This document shows, one piece after another, positions 11,247 through 22,925 of a stretch of 64,000 nt of DNA (position 1 is the stretch's first letter; every line of letters starts with the position of its first letter). The notes under the pieces are model-generated. The model was not told where the DNA came from. It did no database searches and saw only the letters and a list, made by a program, of their open reading frames with translations. Both the position numbers and the translations under genes were made by a program. Location of the stretch: assembly GCA_964019425.1 (NCBI GenBank), contig OZ025792.1, positions 806,001 to 870,000 on the forward strand, given 5' to 3'. Origin of the DNA: Flectonema sp. DT1601 (Eukaryota).

Positions 11247-11754
11247 TTCATTCTATGTTGAAGTTGCTATCGTTCAAAGATAAAAATCCATCGGAGCTCG
11301 CCAGGATAGGGCTAGCAATGTTTATTTGCTTTTGCTCAATTTGAATTTTTGACGTCTGGTCGTTTCACTATTACAGTCGAGTTATTAGATGAGTCGTCAT
11401 CCAATTTGCGTTTTACTTTATCTTCGCATACCATCAAAGGTCCTATATTCGCAGGTGTCATTGTAACCGGTTAGATAACGACAGGTGGAACGGTTAACCA
11501 CCCATGAGTCCCCAATACTACGACTTGGCTAATCAAACACCTCCAAATACTTAAGTTATCCGTTGCAATAACTTTGCCATCCTGATTAAGCACCTGTGTA
11601 ATTAGAGTGGGTGAGAACGAGAATATTTTTTTAGGATAATAAACCAATGAGAATCTTCTCAGAAAAAAAGATTAGAATTACGAAAAAGTAATTGGGTAAA
11701 TGAAAATCAAGACATTAACGAACATAAAATCCTATGAAACGAAACTGTAGCAAT

Positions 11755-14363
11755 CTATGCAATCCACTCCTTTCTTCGAGAGGCAGAAAGAGGTTTTAGT
11801 GTATTTGACCTGAATTGCCTGATAGGTTGTGCGTGTAATCGGAGGTTGGCAGAACATACGAAATTACAACTAGAATTGTTAGAAAAGCCTCCGTGGATGA
11901 CATTACTCTGGGGCTTGGGGTCAATGAGGACAGTTCCCCAGGAAGTTTGATAACAACCAACTGGTGACATTGACTCAGAACAGCTTAATGGAGAAGATCT
12001 TACTGCAACCATTTCAAGTGATGGCGAGGGAAAATCGGGAACTGGTGACGCTGGCTGTTCAGTGTTGCGTTTCTTCGGAACAAACCTGCGAGGGGCTGGA
12101 CTCCTGTATGGTTTTGCGGAAGCCAATATCTCTGCAGTAAGAGATTGGTTCCTACTGATAGTCGACTTCCGTACACGGGGTCCAAAAAAAGAATCCAACA
12201 AGCTGCTACTCACTGACAGCTCATCGTCTGCAACTACCTGCATCGGAGTTCCCGATATTACATTAGGAGGGGATTCGATTGCTTGTAACGCATTACTTTT
12301 TTTCCTGCTCCTCCGAAGAGGCTTCAAGTCAGATCGATCGTATACTCTCAGAGATAATAACCAGTCTCGGACATTAACACAATCCGCTGTACTTCTTGTC
12401 ATTTGAATTGCTTGCTTATGAGCCACATGAAGAGAAGACAAAACAGGCAATTGCCACTGACGGTTTGTTTCGTCAACAGTGCGGTTAATGACCGGATTTT
12501 TGAAATCTCCATTTCCGAGTGAAAAGATGTCACCGTTACTGCTGCTTGCACCGTTGCACTGATTAGTCCAATTTAGTTGCTTGTTAGTGTCTGTACCATC
12601 AGCAGCTGCAGCGTAGGCCATGCGAATAACGTCTGAAACAAGGCGAGGAGACGGAGGGTCAGAATCAGAATCAGCTAAGCTACTTGTTTGTGAAGCAACT
12701 CCATCTAATCGCCTTGTGTTCCACCATTTGTTCTTATCGAATACGACATCTTTATTATGAAGTATTTGAAGATGATTTAGTGTTTTATTAGCCATCGCAC
12801 ACTTCGGAGGTATGTATTCCCCAATTCGCATTTGGTGTAGTTTGTGCATTTGGTCTCTCAACTGCCGCTCCCTTCTTACCAGCGCATTTTCTCGTAATAC
12901 CTTTTGAAGAAGTCCCCAAACAGAGTTTCGGAAATAATAACCTTTCCACAAAGATTGTATGCTGGACGCCGACGTAAAAACTCGCTGCAAGTACGATTCC
13001 AATTCCCTCGTTCTCTTTCGAAGCTTCATTTTTCTGTACCATCTTTGAATTACTCGCGGTGCTCCACACATCAGTGACGTGCTCCATTGCTTCTCTCTCC
13101 TTTTTACTGACCGATACCAGGCTTGTATTTTTATACATGCACTTATTGTTCTCCTATAGTGTCTTAAGTTAGCATAGTGAATCCTTCCCTTCATCCCCCT
13201 GTAGATTCTTTGGATTCTTAGCGCCGCTTGTCGACGAACGCGATTTCCTTTCTTAACAGATTGCCTAAACTTGTAGAGGAATAGTATTGCGTATTTCTGT
13301 TCCAGAATTCGTACTTGCGCCTGAATCAGATCAGTGTCAGTATGTTCCACTAACGGGGAGTCCTTCCGAGTTACTTTTAACAATTCGAACCTTTGTCTCG
13401 CTAAATATCCTCTCCAGACGCGTTGAATGCCTATCACTGCGCAAGTCGCAATTTGCCGTGTCCTTTGCTCTCGTGTTTTCCTGTTTTGTTGGTCTAATTT
13501 TTTACAAGTGGCTTTGAGTAATAACAACTACTTGTTCTTTTGTGAATTTAGAACTTAGAATGAAATACCTCCGAGCTACTTTGACCTCAATAACGTGCCG
13601 CAGCCAGCGTGTTATTTTATAAGCAGATAACGAGCGCCTTTTCCGAACACGTTCACGATAACCTCGAAAGACTCGCTGGACTTCAACAGATGCAACGTGT
13701 TGCTCGAGACCCAATAAGCAACCTCGCCGAGCTCGTATTTCCTCTTCAACGATCACTAGTCTTGCCGCAGTCTCGACGCTGCTCACAGTGAATGAAAACG
13801 GACGTGATTCCCAAAGCTGTTATAATATTGCGTTAATCAATGCGGACTACAGAAATGTAAATAAATAGCAAATAACAAACCAGAGTCAGCGACGGTAACC
13901 TACTCTCCTGTATGAGTTCCATTGCCATCATAAGTGTCGGATGATCAGTTCGATTACAAGAGTTGATGAGGGCTGACGTTCTTAAGTTCGGACTGTCAAC
14001 GGAGCTGATCAGCAACCCAAGAAATGTATTGCTGTCATCCTCTTCTCGTTGTTGTTGTTGTTGTTGTTGTTGTTGTTGCTGATGCAGCTGCTGCTGTGTC
14101 GGATTTATTGGAATCGGTTCTCCTGTTTCATGTTTGGTGTTACTGTCTAATCCTTCACCCCCCCTATCGGAATCGTTTTTAGGTTCGCTACGTACAGCTT
14201 GTTGCGCATCTTCATCATCCAAGTCATCTCCGTCTGCTAACTGCGAGTCAGGAAATGTTCCGACATCATCATCAACTTCTTCTACATCCCCATCATCCAG
14301 TTGAGAGTCAGGAAAAGTTTCATTGTCGTCATTTTCTTCCTGATCCTGCTCGGCATCAGTCAT
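11755..14363 (-). CDS. IQ-motif (calmodulin-binding) repeat protein; 3 exons (14363-13881, 13816-13569, 13480-11755)
   Basis: Multiple IQxxxRGxxxR motifs (IQRVWRGYLAR, IQRIYRGMKGR, IQAWYRS, VQRVFRGYRER). GT-AG introns 13817-13880 (phase 0) and 13481-13568 (phase 2) join three ORF-track pieces in frame; acidic repeats and polyQ at the N-terminus. Confidence 0.75.
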
Positions 14364-14466
14364 TCTGAACCGACTGTCATAAAAAACATAAAACCCTTTC
14401 CAGTAAACAACAAAAACAGAAAACCGGGCAACATGTCTACTGGGAACAGTAGGCGAGACATTACAC

Positions 14467-17316
14467 TCAAATTAAAGGGAACATTCCCGTACCGAGTGTA
14501 TTAGACGAGTGCTCACGTTTGTCTGGTAGCTTCTTGAGTCTATCAAATATACTCATCAACCCCTCAGGCATCTCTTCTTCATTATTAGTTGGAACTTCTC
14601 CTTCTGCAGGGATACGTCGGAGGAGCTTATGGAGCCTCTTAGCAGAATCAATTTCGCTGTGTTTTGGTTTGGGAAGGTTGCTGACGGGTTCTTGTTGCTG
14701 TACTCTTTGCTGCTTCAAGAGATTACCACCTTGTTGTTGAAGTTGTTGCTGTTGTTGTAATTTCTGTACTACTCCAGCTAAGCTGGTTGGGTTCTCTTCA
14801 GCAGCAACACAATTTACGAATGTGGCTTCGCGTGCATTGTGAATTGCATCGCGCTTTGCTTCCTGCCGACCCGCCTTTCGACTAGCAGCGTCTCGTTGTC
14901 GAGTAATAAAAGCATCTTCAACAACATCTGCTACATTCCCACTTGCTATTCGTACGGCTTTCAACTTTTGTGCAACAGTCATGAATTGAGGAAATAGGAG
15001 ACTTCCTGGTGTCTTTTTAGATACCTTTGCCATCTCTTGAAGAGAACCCAGGCATGCTTTCAGAAGATACTCGGGAGGGTCAAACTCGGTAGGCTCATGA
15101 GGTGTCTCTTCAGTGATATGAAATGAAGTCAGCAACGGACCTAAGTAACGAATTATTTCCCCAAAGTACTTTTGGATTGCCAACGCTTCTGATATAACTC
15201 CCTCAGATCCGACATTTTCAGTTGATGACAAAAAGAACGCGAGCGATGTTGTTGGAGCATTTGAGGTGACAGGTTCCGGAGGTGCATCTGCTGGTTGCTG
15301 GTCAGGTAATTCCTCATCCACGCTTGCGTCAGTTGAAGAATCCAACTCGTCAGTTTGTGTTGTGACTGAGCAGTTAATCGGAGAGATGATCTCTTCTGGA
15401 GAGTCTGTTTGAATTTGAACATCGATAAGAGTTGCTGGTGTTTTTATTTCTTCTCTAAGAGTGCTAACATCTACTAACATGGTATTCACTTGCTGGAGAA
15501 CAGTTCTTCTTAAAGTTCCCATTATACTTTGCAACTCCGACACGAACTCGTGAGCCTGCGTTGTAATTAAGGATCGATATTCTTTAACGCTAATACGATA
15601 ACTTGAAGTTCCAGAAGCGGCGCCATGTAACTCAACTGCAAGATTGTGAAACTTCTGAAGTCTGTCACTGACAGTCGAGTGAAACAGCGATGCGATGTAA
15701 TCAAGAACTTCATTTCCTGATAGCTCTGGTATCTCGGCGCTGAATTCCAACATTTGAAGCTGGTGATGTGCATCCGAGTCATTAAATGAATATCCTTCAC
15801 TATTAACATCTTCAATAAACATTAGTAGTCTTTCATAACGAGAGATGTGATTCGCCAGATACAATCCCGCCTTGAGTTGAGTACTCTTGGCATCTGATGC
15901 GACACTTTGTTCACGGGATTGGAGATCCTTGTCGCCATTAACGATGTCACAAAACTCTTCATTGTGGTTGTAGTCAGAGTTTCTCTTAACTTGTTTCGAT
16001 AACTCCATTTCGAGTTCTTCAATCTTCTCACTTGCCGTTACCAACTCCTTTTCCAAACGTTTTCTTTCAAAGGTCTCTCTTGCAAGTGAATTACTCAGAT
16101 CTTTCTGAATCTTCGATTGCGGGTCTTTACGAGCAGCCTTTGAAGCTTCTTCTTTCTCAAGTTTCTTAAGAACTCGAGCGAGGTCCTCCTCGACTTCGTT
16201 GCACTTCTTCGTTTGATTACTGCACTCCAATTTTATGTGATCAATCAATTCAGTAGTTTCTCTTTTGTATTGTTCTTCCCACAAATCACGTTCAGCCACA
16301 ACACTCGAGAGCTCGTATTCGAGTTTCTCATTGTTTTCAGTGCAATCCCTGAGATCCTTATCGAGAATTGTAATACGGTTAGTGAAGGTCTCTTGCAGCA
16401 GCGTCTTTTCTTCCTCAACGAGCCTTAACCGCTTGAGTCTGCTTTGCATCCAACACGCTACTCTCTGGGCCAGGTGATGGCTGGCTAAAAGTGCATCTTT
16501 TATTATTTGATTTGATGATACAAACTGTTCCTGTTTGTGACGTAAGACGATGACTTCTTGTTTGAGAGCTTCTTTATCGAGGAATACCTTTTTATCTGGC
16601 GGATCGTAGTAAGTTGTTAGAGAAGGATTAATCGAATGTTGTATTCGCATCGCTTTTATTAAATAAATGAGATCTGAAACAGGCATCGCTAGAGCGTCCC
16701 TGTCGTCTTCGCAAGACTGACGTTGCCAGTCAGATTCTTCCGAACTGTCTGACAACTCTTCCGGGTTGTCCTCCGGGCGTGGAAGATCTTCTCGTGATTT
16801 TTGAAGTAGCACGTTGGGACCGAATACGTCAGTTTCTGTTTCTTTACATAAGTTTATCTCTTCATCCATCCTCATTGCTTCCAACTTGTTGTCGATATCT
16901 AAACTTTGTTCTTCTAAGTCACTTAGTATAATATTTATAGTTGACATTACTCCATGTCCTCTGTGTTCCATCTCTCGCTGATATTTCACGAGTTTGTTCA
17001 TCTTTTTTAACGATTTTTTTAACACCACAGGAGGTGTGTTTTCGACTCCGCCGAGCGGCACATCATCGAACTTACTTGCGGTGTCAGACGCCAGCTTCTC
17101 GCACAGTAGTTTCAAATTTGATCTGCTCAAGTTAGATATGCTCCGTCGCATGTTCTTAAATCGTGATTTCGCTTTGCTGAGCGTCCTATTCAACCTGGCA
17201 GTGGATTTATCTGTTGAACTGTTGTCAGAAACGTCCTGCTGCTGATCCACATCTTCCAGCCAGCCATCGAAGTTGAACTCGCGGACTGGCTTTTGATTCG
17301 TACCCAACCTTGCCAT
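14467..17316 (-). CDS. Hypothetical 949-aa coiled-coil protein
   Basis: Long intact ORF with heptad-rich central region and Q-rich C-terminus. Confidence 0.8.
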   Translation of the reverse strand: MARLGTNQKPVREFNFDGWLEDVDQQQDVSDNSSTDKSTARLNRTLSKAKSRFKNMRRSISNLSRSNLKLLCEKLASDTASKFDDVPLGGVENTPPVVLKKSLKKMNKLVKYQREMEHRGHGVMSTINIILSDLEEQSLDIDNKLEAMRMDEEINLCKETETDVFGPNVLLQKSREDLPRPEDNPEELSDSSEESDWQRQSCEDDRDALAMPVSDLIYLIKAMRIQHSINPSLTTYYDPPDKKVFLDKEALKQEVIVLRHKQEQFVSSNQIIKDALLASHHLAQRVACWMQSRLKRLRLVEEEKTLLQETFTNRITILDKDLRDCTENNEKLEYELSSVVAERDLWEEQYKRETTELIDHIKLECSNQTKKCNEVEEDLARVLKKLEKEEASKAARKDPQSKIQKDLSNSLARETFERKRLEKELVTASEKIEELEMELSKQVKRNSDYNHNEEFCDIVNGDKDLQSREQSVASDAKSTQLKAGLYLANHISRYERLLMFIEDVNSEGYSFNDSDAHHQLQMLEFSAEIPELSGNEVLDYIASLFHSTVSDRLQKFHNLAVELHGAASGTSSYRISVKEYRSLITTQAHEFVSELQSIMGTLRRTVLQQVNTMLVDVSTLREEIKTPATLIDVQIQTDSPEEIISPINCSVTTQTDELDSSTDASVDEELPDQQPADAPPEPVTSNAPTTSLAFFLSSTENVGSEGVISEALAIQKYFGEIIRYLGPLLTSFHITEETPHEPTEFDPPEYLLKACLGSLQEMAKVSKKTPGSLLFPQFMTVAQKLKAVRIASGNVADVVEDAFITRQRDAASRKAGRQEAKRDAIHNAREATFVNCVAAEENPTSLAGVVQKLQQQQQLQQQGGNLLKQQRVQQQEPVSNLPKPKHSEIDSAKRLHKLLRRIPAEGEVPTNNEEEMPEGLMSIFDRLKKLPDKREHSSNTLGTGMFPLI

Positions 17317-17424
17317 CAGTTGATTCTATGTGGCCATGATTCTGAAGTTATGAAATTAAAGTTAGGAATTCCATAACAACTTATTAAGAAAACAACTCAA
17401 ACTACTAACTAATGTTATTAATAT

Positions 17425-18537
17425 TTAAGAACATCGTCTCGTAGGATTTGACGATTTTTTGATGAGAGTTGTTATCTCTCCATCGCTACCTTCAGAGTTC
17501 TGAGCGATGGCGAGCGCAGTATTCCCGTCGTTGTCGCAAATAGAAAGATCTGCATTTGATTTAATAAGAAGTTCGACCAGAGAAATATTATTTTGATAGC
17601 TAGTCGCCGTCGCAGTCCCGAAAGGGACTACTCCGACAACTTCAGCAGCGTAGTGTAGAGGAGTTCTGCCCATGTAGTCTTTGTCGTTGATAGAAATACC
17701 TTCACATTTTGTTAATAATGTTTTTACGAATCGAACAGAACCCTTTGTGAGGCTGCCACTGCAACTGCTATGAAGGGAGGTCCGCAGTGTATGAGGTACT
17801 TTAAAACACTCGTTTGTTCCATTTCTGAATGGATTATAAGAATACAAAACTGTTTTGAGACCACGCTTATCATTTTCCTCATCAAACCACTCGATTATCA
17901 ACTTCTCTATTTCAGATGACCATTGAGGTTGAGAAGCAAGCATCCACGGTTGAAGTATATCGTGCTCACGTGGTATAGACAAACCAAAAGTTGTGTCAAA
18001 ATAAAGTATTTCAGTATCACAATATGGATGTATAATAAGAACCCACTTGGAGATGTCAACTAGCGTTGGGAAATTATCAGGCGATCCAATAAAATATGAT
18101 TTTGATTTTATTTTGTTCTCAAACTGATACTCAAAGCTCCATCTACACTGCCTTGTGTCTGGTTCTCCAAGTGAGTTGCAAGCAGTTGAATAGGAATCCA
18201 TGTACACTACTCCCGATGTTATTTCTTCCGTCCCACTTGGTGATGAAATATCTATCCGAAAAGGTTCTTTCAGTTTGTTAATAAGTGGAATCACAATCGG
18301 TACTCCGGATTCTATTTCCCTTTTTACAACACGAACTGTTCGTCCTTTATCGTCGCTACCAAGTTCCTCTACACTACAGTTTTCTTTATCGTATATTGTG
18401 TATTTAATATCTACTTCCGCAGCCATTCTTGTCTCATCAGGACGCTTAACGCTCTTCGATGAAGGAACCAACACACTTTTCACATAGTCTTTTAGACTCA
18501 CCTCCTTTTCTCTATAAACCACGTAGCTCACAGTCAT
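17425..18537 (-). CDS. Ankyrin-repeat protein (start uncertain; ORF open to 18648)
   Basis: C-terminal ankyrin motifs INDKDYMGRTPLHYAA and DLSICDNDGNTALAIA. Confidence 0.75.
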   Translation of the reverse strand: MTVSYVVYREKEVSLKDYVKSVLVPSSKSVKRPDETRMAAEVDIKYTIYDKENCSVEELGSDDKGRTVRVVKREIESGVPIVIPLINKLKEPFRIDISSPSGTEEITSGVVYMDSYSTACNSLGEPDTRQCRWSFEYQFENKIKSKSYFIGSPDNFPTLVDISKWVLIIHPYCDTEILYFDTTFGLSIPREHDILQPWMLASQPQWSSEIEKLIIEWFDEENDKRGLKTVLYSYNPFRNGTNECFKVPHTLRTSLHSSCSGSLTKGSVRFVKTLLTKCEGISINDKDYMGRTPLHYAAEVVGVVPFGTATATSYQNNISLVELLIKSNADLSICDNDGNTALAIAQNSEGSDGEITTLIKKSSNPTRRCS

Positions 18538-19176
18538 TGTTTTAGTGTAAGTAAGAGCGCATGGAAATGCACTTTCTAAAGAAAAGTTAATTGGGGTGGA
18601 AGCAGCGCAATGAAATATTAATTTAAGTTGACTTGTTTTCGTACTCACTTTGTAAGGAATAGAAATCAGACGCCTTGTTGTACCTGTTTGGACGGATAAT
18701 TAATAAAATTGCTGAGCTGCTGACATGATTACCAGAATAATTAAGGACGGTAATCCAACAAAATTATTGGGTTGCAAAATTTGATCTAAAAAAAAAACAA
18801 ATAAACGAGGAGACTTAAATAATTTTACTCGCAACGAATTCTAACATAAAAAAATAGCAACCAAATAACAATTAGTGGATAAGGAGATTCAATGGTGATG
18901 TTATTTTTTTATCCGAAATAACACAACAGAACAAGCCGAAGCTGGCAAGAAGAGAGCAGGAGAAAACAAAGAGTAGAGCAGTGCAGAGTAGTGCACTCCG
19001 ACTAAACAATTCGGCAGCAGTACCTTCACAGATACTTGAAAGCCATAAAACAGAAGTAGCCAAAAGGATATTATTAAGAAAAGAAACCAGACTCAATTAA
19101 TAAGTGCGGCTACTGACATAAGGGGTCAGTCAAAAAATAGTTCGGAGAATCAAATAAAGTTGTGAAGGTCAGCACA

Positions 19177-20077
19177 CTACAGCACTGCACTGCTTGTGAA
19201 GTTACGAGCACACAACTCATTGAGTCGTGCATGTCTTTCAAGAATTGTGTCGGAAAGATGTTTCGCTCTATCTAAAACTAAATCACTACCATGGTTTATT
19301 ATCGCTGAGAGAGTACGAAGTCCAGGAGTTGAAGAATCTGAGTGTGGGAGAGACGTTGGTGGCAGTGGGTGTGCTTCTCTGACACCGTGTCTCCAGTCAG
19401 AAGGTCGATGCTCCCCCCAAGAGCCTCCTATGCTGAAGTCACTCATATCGGGGATCTCTTCTTCTTCTTCTTCTTCATCAAAAGATTCTAATTTCCAAGG
19501 TGGAACTGCTGGATTGTCACTCAACCCGCTAGCAGCTGCATCAACGTGAAAAGATGCCACCTTCTCTTCTCTAGTGGGTTCTTGATTCTTATTAGATCTT
19601 ATCCGCTCTGGGGATCGATACCTGCCAGTAGTTTTTAAATATCCGGCGTGAACATTCCTCTTCGATGCCATCTTCCATGGTCCCGCATCAATCGTCGTCC
19701 TCAATATCGGTTCAGGAACAGGTACTCCAGGTTCCGTGTTGAGGGAACCAGTGCTGACGAGGTATTTGTTTCTCGCTGATGTCGGTGTTCGAAAAGCTCT
19801 CCTGCTCTCACCAGCTTTCTGAAGATATTGAAAAGTCTGTTTTTTATGATTTGAAATTAAATGTTCTCAAAAAGAAAGCAGACAAAGAACAATAATTTCA
19901 TACCGAAGAATTAACACTACGGGACGTACTCGGGTTATCCCTTCGAGTGGGTGCATAGCGTTGGGGGGCCGTTGGCATTGAAGCGTTTATATTTAGTCCC
20001 CGCAGACTGCTTATTATCTCGTCATTCTGTACGCTCCTATTATGCAGGTAACTCCCCCGAGGAGGATATCGATTCAT
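19177..20077 (-). CDS. Hypothetical protein, 2 exons (20077-19904, 19836-19177)
   Basis: ATG at 20077 (MNRYPPRGS..), GTATGA..AAACAG intron 19837-19903 joins in frame to the 19177-19704 ORF. Confidence 0.65.
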
Positions 20078-20391
20078 TCCCTCCTGTAAATTAATTTTAA
20101 GTCCCCCGATAAACTATTCCTAACAGTGTTATGAGTCGTGTTGTTCTGTTCTTATTGTCTGATGGCTGTTGTGAAATAATTGTTTGACAGGTTGAGATGC
20201 TTATTTCTTAATATCACAAACCGAAATCCAAAAAGAAACTAAAAATTCTGTCTTTGACAGAATTGCGGTGAGGGCTCAACAAAACTATGCATATAAACTG
20301 AAGAACAAATATTTCCCACTTTGACAATAACATTTCTATTGCAATGCTTTCGTTGACTATTTCCAATCTGACGGGTGAATGATGAATTCTG

Positions 20392-22794
20392 TTAGTTCGC
20401 ATCAGGTGACATTGATATCTCTCTTTGACTCTTTAAGTTCATTAGTTCTTTACTGAGTTTTGTATTTACGTCTCTCAACTTCACATTTGACAACATCGTG
20501 TCTTCGATAATGACTTGCATGTCTACATGTTCGCTGTGAATATTAAATAATTTGCTAATGTGCGTCTGCTTTCGTGTGATATCGCGGTTACGACGCGAAA
20601 CTTCGGCTTCAAGAGACCGACGACACTCTTCGGCTGCCCAAGTCTTTTCTTGAAGCTTCTGAAGGAGATCAGTGAGACGAATGTTTTCTTCAGTTAGTTC
20701 AAGAAAACGAGGCTTATCAGAACTCTGAGTAACATCAACTGAGTTAAATGAAGCATCAGCATTTGGCTCAAGTTCGGTACTGGCTCCAAATCTAGATTCC
20801 AGTGTGAGTAAGGACTCGCAGATTTCTTCAGTTTTTGCTATCGCAATGTCAAGCTGATTATGCAAGTCACACTTTTTCGCCACCGCCTTCCTTTTAATTA
20901 TCTCCGTATCGCAGTGTAAGTCAGATACCTCAATCTCTTGGTATTCTTTAACTTGCTCAATTTCGATGAGTCGAGCTTCTACTTCGTCTTTCGCGTGTTT
21001 TATTTCTGCCTGCAGACCAACAACTTCCACCTGAATGGCATCGCATGCTTTCTCTTCTTGTTGATTTTGTGATTCCTTATCGATGAGCTCTTTCATTAGC
21101 TGATTAGACGTTTGGTTCGAATCTGCTAAAGAGTTTTGGATCGCCTCCGCCTTCTGTTTGTACTGCGCAACCTCCTCTTCAATTGGTTCGAGTTCTTTCA
21201 GTTCCGCACGCAGCTCAGTGAGTTCGATTGTAAGTGTTTTTGATTTGTCAAGTTCATCAGCGAGAACCTGTGAGCGTTCCTTCGTCAGATTAGCAAGCCT
21301 GCGTGTGTCTTGAGTGAAAGATTCAATTTCGTGAAAAGTACTTTTCAGTTGCTTAGTAACAACCTGCTGTTTGTCAGATATTTCGAGTATCTCCCTCTCT
21401 GCTGCAATCCAACGCCTACGTGAGTCTCTAAGTTTAGTAACAGCCACTTCAGCCTTCTCAACTCTACCCCGCAGCTTTTCATCCATCTCTCGCATACCTG
21501 CGTTCGACTTTGTTAAACATTCATTTATCTTCATGTGAGTTTCGATTTCTTTCTCGATCTCGCGTATCTTTTTTGCCGTTGAACTCTCCTCTCCATGAAC
21601 TCTGATTAACATTTCCTCTGCTTGTGCGATGTGGCGATCTTTGTCAGAGCTGACAGACTTAACTTTATCCATCAGTTGCTTTACTGTTTCGTTGTAGGCG
21701 TCATTGCCTAGTTTTACTTGTGCGGAAAGGCGCTTGCGTTCTTCAAGTAGTTCTGCATTCTCATCGATGAGATTCGCATGAGTTCTGTTGAGCGCTTTAA
21801 TACTTTTGTCATTTTCTGCGACTTCGTCCTGAAGGGATTCCAGCGCAACATTAGCTGAGTGCGCTTCTTGTTCTACGTCGTCGAGCTGCTGTTTTAATTC
21901 ACTGCGTCGTTCAGTCAACTGCTGTAGCTGCACAGCCAGTTCAATGTGACTGCCTGAATCCGCCCCCAGTAAGACATCGTCCCCATCTCCGTCATCGTTG
22001 TCATGCTCTGGTGGAAGTCCTAATTTTGTTGTGAGTTGCCTGTTTTCCGCAACGAGCTTTCGCATGGATATTTTAATAGCGGCTTCTGTTTGTTTGTAGC
22101 GTTCGACATCAGCAACGATAGTCGTCTTCAATTCTTCGAGACGATTATCCGCATCGAGAGCTTCTTTCGCAACGCTCGATTTTGATATGAGATTCTTGAT
22201 CCGTTTTACATCTTGTTGAGCAGATTCCATAGCACTTTGGGCCTGCGACGCTGTTTTTTTTAACTGCACTGCAAATCTTGAGGCCTTAGCCTCGCGCTGC
22301 GTGAGGTCTCTCGCTGTCGTTCGCAGAGCCACAAAGTCTTTATTTAATTGTTCAAATTCTTCCTCAGGTACATTTGTTAAAACACCTCCACAGTCAGGTA
22401 CTCTACAGTCAAATACGATCATAGAAACGTCTGGGTGAGTTGCTTTACCTAAGACAGCTTTAATATCGTCAAGTGTCGAGGTGCGGGTTCCATTTACTTC
22501 GACTATCTGCATGCCAGTTTTAAATCCGGCTGCTGCTGCTGGAGTATCTTTTGAAACATCGTTAATAATACATTTCCCTGAGTCGATTGTCATACCCAAC
22601 GGTTCATTCATTGATGATCGAACTACCGTTAGTTTTACTTCACCAATAACTCCTCCTTTCGCAGCGGCAGCTGCAATCGCTGGGCTTGAAACATCAAATG
22701 CATTCTGTCCATTTGTTGGTGATCCCGTGGGTGATCCCACCATCCTCGCTGCCTGAGCCCCCAACTTCTTTCGCTTTTCTTCTAAAAACTGCAT
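20392..22794 (-). CDS. PDZ-domain plus long coiled-coil protein (800 aa)
   Basis: PDZ signature EPLGMTI..INDVSKDTPAAAAGFKTGMQIVEVNG followed by about 650 aa of coiled coil. Confidence 0.85.
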   Translation of the reverse strand: MQFLEEKRKKLGAQAARMVGSPTGSPTNGQNAFDVSSPAIAAAAAKGGVIGEVKLTVVRSSMNEPLGMTIDSGKCIINDVSKDTPAAAAGFKTGMQIVEVNGTRTSTLDDIKAVLGKATHPDVSMIVFDCRVPDCGGVLTNVPEEEFEQLNKDFVALRTTARDLTQREAKASRFAVQLKKTASQAQSAMESAQQDVKRIKNLISKSSVAKEALDADNRLEELKTTIVADVERYKQTEAAIKISMRKLVAENRQLTTKLGLPPEHDNDDGDGDDVLLGADSGSHIELAVQLQQLTERRSELKQQLDDVEQEAHSANVALESLQDEVAENDKSIKALNRTHANLIDENAELLEERKRLSAQVKLGNDAYNETVKQLMDKVKSVSSDKDRHIAQAEEMLIRVHGEESSTAKKIREIEKEIETHMKINECLTKSNAGMREMDEKLRGRVEKAEVAVTKLRDSRRRWIAAEREILEISDKQQVVTKQLKSTFHEIESFTQDTRRLANLTKERSQVLADELDKSKTLTIELTELRAELKELEPIEEEVAQYKQKAEAIQNSLADSNQTSNQLMKELIDKESQNQQEEKACDAIQVEVVGLQAEIKHAKDEVEARLIEIEQVKEYQEIEVSDLHCDTEIIKRKAVAKKCDLHNQLDIAIAKTEEICESLLTLESRFGASTELEPNADASFNSVDVTQSSDKPRFLELTEENIRLTDLLQKLQEKTWAAEECRRSLEAEVSRRNRDITRKQTHISKLFNIHSEHVDMQVIIEDTMLSNVKLRDVNTKLSKELMNLKSQREISMSPDAN

Positions 22795-22925
22795 CGTATT
22801 CCCCGACCTGTTGTTAATAAATACAAATAAATATTTCGCATTGATAACTTCATCGTAATCCTAACCATCGTCTCAACTGTCGACGAGGTTGCGGTCGAAT
22901 CGACTGAACAATCGGAAGGACGGAA

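Noticed and set aside
14364..14500. Possible intron fusing the 949-aa ORF to the IQ gene
   Set aside because: The best donor (phase 1) and acceptor give an immediate stop; treated as separate genes.
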